From the IMG/VR virus record IMGVR_UViG_3300044477_000163, positions 1 through 27,434 of that record: a stretch of 27,434 nt of DNA; one strand, 5' to 3'. This document shows, one piece after another, positions 25,495 to 27,434 of this stretch. Both the position numbers and the translations under genes were made by a program. The DNA comes from a virus (taxonomy: Duplodnaviria; Caudoviricetes). Position 1 is the first letter of the stretch; each line of letters starts with the position of its first letter. The notes below the pieces were generated by a model that was not told the origin of the DNA, did not search any database, and saw only the letters and a list, made by a program, of their open reading frames with translations.

Positions 25495-26043
25495 TCATAT
25501 TTGGGAAAGGTTTTCAGAAAAGAGTCGGGGCACTTGTTTTTGTGCCACATCCTCGGTGATTTCAATCATATTTAATCGCTTTGGCATGTACGCAAGCGAT
25601 TTCAGATAGTACAAGACTCGCATCTCTGTGCCGTTGCGCGTTGCAATGATGTGCGCACCATTTTTCGTACGGAGCAAGAACGAACCAGCAGGGTTACTCT
25701 TGCGTCCTGCTTTGATTTCAGATAAAGAATTATACTTTGGTATAGCTAGCCGTCCCGATAAAGCCGTTTGTTTTCCGCCGGTCTGATGCAGTGCTGCGAA
25801 CCCTGCCATTGTATAAACTTTGGATTCAAGATTCTGTTTTACCGCTGGACGAATCTTGATTGACTTTTCAAAGTTCGATTTACGCAATACAAATATTTCG
25901 TGCAAATGTTTTTTGATTTCGGTTTGCGCCACCTGTGCTGTTTGTGTTAATGTCTTCGCCGCTACAAACCGAACATTATTTTCAGCAAGAAGCATCAGTT
26001 TGTCAGCATCCGCATCTTGTAAAGTCAAATTTATTATTACCAT
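25495..26043 (-). CDS. Basic phage morphogenesis protein (lambda gpZ-like / neck-type), first gene of the late operon
   Basis: VRFVAAKTLTQTAQVAQ...F..R helical N-terminus, basic composition, position just upstream of the cos-like site. Confidence 0.55.
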   Translation of the reverse strand: MVIINLTLQDADADKLMLLAENNVRFVAAKTLTQTAQVAQTEIKKHLHEIFVLRKSNFEKSIKIRPAVKQNLESKVYTMAGFAALHQTGGKQTALSGRLAIPKYNSLSEIKAGRKSNPAGSFLLRTKNGAHIIATRNGTEMRVLYYLKSLAYMPKRLNMIEITEDVAQKQVPRLFSENLSQI

Positions 26044-26051
26044 GTTATTCC

Positions 26052-26076
26052 AAACAAAGACCGCCTTTCGGCGGTC
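26052..26076 (-). terminator. Intrinsic terminator / attenuator ahead of the late operon
   Basis: GACCGCC-GAAA-GGCGGTC-TTTGTTT: perfect 7-bp stem, GNRA loop, U tract. Confidence 0.75.
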
Positions 26077-26094
26077 ATTGGATAATTGTTTCCA

Positions 26095-26123
26095 ATTATA
26101 TTCGAAATCATGTCATTTTTAGA
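26095..26123 (-). promoter_or_regulatory. Putative late promoter
   Basis: Perfect TATAAT at 26100-26095 with a poor -35, between the HTH regulator gene and the hairpin. Confidence 0.45.
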
Positions 26124-26147
26124 ATAAAGTGTAAAGGCAAGAACTCT

Positions 26148-26621
26148 TTACACTTTTGATTTATTATTCTGTGCGGATTGTCCGTGTATATCCACGGTCG
26201 GATTTTGGGAAATTATGTGATAGAAAGTTTTTAGCGATCGCGCCAAATCTCTTAATGCGCCATGGTGACGTGCCGCCACGGTTTGTCGCGTTAATCCGAC
26301 CCTTTTGCCGATCCTTGCCCACCCCATCTCGCAAGCTCTCAACCATAGAATCTTCTTATCTTTGCCACTGTCTACAAGTTGAAACCATTTTAACACAACT
26401 TCTTCCCATTGTGATAATTGCTCGTTTGTAGGGCAGAACTTTGGTTCTCGGTCATCATCATCCTGATCCCACAGCAATTCGTACCATTCACAAACAACTT
26501 CCCATTTGCGTCCCGCCGGTCCTTTGCGATACACAGGCGGCAGTGCACGCTCGGTCTTTGCTGCCATGTTCAACCATTCCTCAACTAATTCTACAGTCCA
26601 TTCTATGTGCGATAAGTTCAT
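26148..26621 (-). CDS. DUF6362-like protein with C-terminal sigma-region-4-like HTH; putative late-gene regulator
   Basis: WTVELVEEWL..AA.TERALP...ILWLRACEMGWARIGKRVGLTRQTV...AL; last gene before the late operon. Confidence 0.7.
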   Translation of the reverse strand: MNLSHIEWTVELVEEWLNMAAKTERALPPVYRKGPAGRKWEVVCEWYELLWDQDDDDREPKFCPTNEQLSQWEEVVLKWFQLVDSGKDKKILWLRACEMGWARIGKRVGLTRQTVAARHHGALRDLARSLKTFYHIISQNPTVDIHGQSAQNNKSKV

Positions 26622-27190
26622 GATTTATCTCCATGGTTTTGTGCATAGAATGTTCGCTCTTGTTCTATCCAATCTATGATTTGTTCAAAGTTAATCCACT
26701 GTCCAATTCGTTTCTGTTTCAATGTTTTTTCTGCACGTGCTATGATCGGTGGAAGGTATAATTTTATGTAATTTGCAAATGATGGATGTTTGCTACCGAT
26801 CGCTTGAAAACTAAAAGCGTCAGTTATTTGAAAATTATCAACATCGTTTTCAACAATTTGGCGAGCATTACTACTTTCACTTACATTACAATTATTTTTA
26901 TTTATGTTTATTTTGCTTACATCTATATTTTCTTTACTTACTTCCGAATTGCTATTTATCGTATCCGATTTGCTCTGCCAGCGCTTGCGTCCGTTTTCTG
27001 CCATATGTGCACATTTTTCACGATACTTTGCTGCATCACGATCTATCTGCTGACGCATGTATCTCCATAAAGACAACTCACAATCACGAGACGGGTATTC
27101 CAAAATACACATAAATATTTCAGCTTTATCACGGTCTGGTAAATCTTTTGCTAGTATTGCAAGCATAGGGTCTATCAAAATCTTCATCAA
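26618..27190 (-). CDS. Putative replication initiator / replisome organiser (DUF6291-like N-terminus)
   Basis: LPDRDKAEIFMCILEY...MRQQIDRDAAKYREKC...ENGRKRW, then an Asn/Lys-rich linker and a helical C-terminal domain. Confidence 0.65.
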   Translation of the reverse strand: MMKILIDPMLAILAKDLPDRDKAEIFMCILEYPSRDCELSLWRYMRQQIDRDAAKYREKCAHMAENGRKRWQSKSDTINSNSEVSKENIDVSKININKNNCNVSESSNARQIVENDVDNFQITDAFSFQAIGSKHPSFANYIKLYLPPIIARAEKTLKQKRIGQWINFEQIIDWIEQERTFYAQNHGDKS

Positions 27191-27198
27191 ATTTACCT

Positions 27199-27434
27199 TT
27201 AATCGAACAGCCCGGGAATTCGTGCATTTTCAATCCATTCAATTTTATATTGTACGCAATCCTTGACCTGGTATATAAACAGGAGTTCATCGCTGCGACG
27301 AATTACTAGGTTATTTCTAGTGATAACCCAGTGTACAATTTTTCTTTTTGCTCTAAGAAATTCACGCCCGGCTGTTGTTATCGCCCATTCGTTATGATTA
27401 CCAACACGTACCGCCAATCCGAAATACTGCAGTT
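27199..27434 (-). CDS. Hypothetical phage protein, probably 5'-truncated by the window (winged-helix-like tail)
   Basis: Frame is open to the right edge (..LQYFGLAVRV); LQYFGL...WAITTAGREFL resembles a wHTH wing. Confidence 0.55.
   Translation of the reverse strand, partial: LQYFGLAVRVGNHNEWAITTAGREFLRAKRKIVHWVITRNNLVIRRSDELLFIYQVKDCVQYKIEWIENARIPGLFD

Larger units (their letters stand above)
623..27434 (-). mobile_element. Prophage (myovirus-type: lambda-like packaging, P2-like contractile tail) integrated in a tRNA-CAU gene; extends beyond the window
   Basis: Contiguous, mostly translationally coupled head, tail and lysis operon with no obvious broken genes; left boundary at a tRNA anticodon loop. 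Confidence 0.93.

Overview
About 0.6 kb of host DNA is followed by the left ~26.8 kb of an apparently intact prophage, which continues past the right edge and is encoded almost entirely on the minus strand. The host part holds the N-terminus of a Cys-rich secreted protein and a promoter plus the 5' half of a CAU-anticodon tRNA that breaks off at the end of the anticodon loop (att junction). Read in the direction of transcription (right to left), the prophage carries a replication/late-control region, a candidate cos site and a ParB-methyltransferase. Next come lambda-like packaging and head genes (terminase, gpW, portal, S49 protease, decoration protein) with a Mu gpT-like capsid, then a P2-like contractile tail, a holin/endolysin/spanin cassette and a terminal cargo encoding an outer-membrane beta-barrel. 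The most striking feature is a dual-coded C5-cytosine methyltransferase locus between gpW and the portal. Two ~350-codon ORFs overlap almost completely in different frames and appear to start at overlapping codons (ATGTG). One carries motifs I-VIII and X; the other carries tandem TRD-like repeats and motif IX. Also notable are the unrepaired tRNA half at the att site, two moron insertions in the tail operon, a -1 frameshift in the tail chaperone and a three-gene tail-fibre module. All family assignments come from motif recognition by eye, without database searches.
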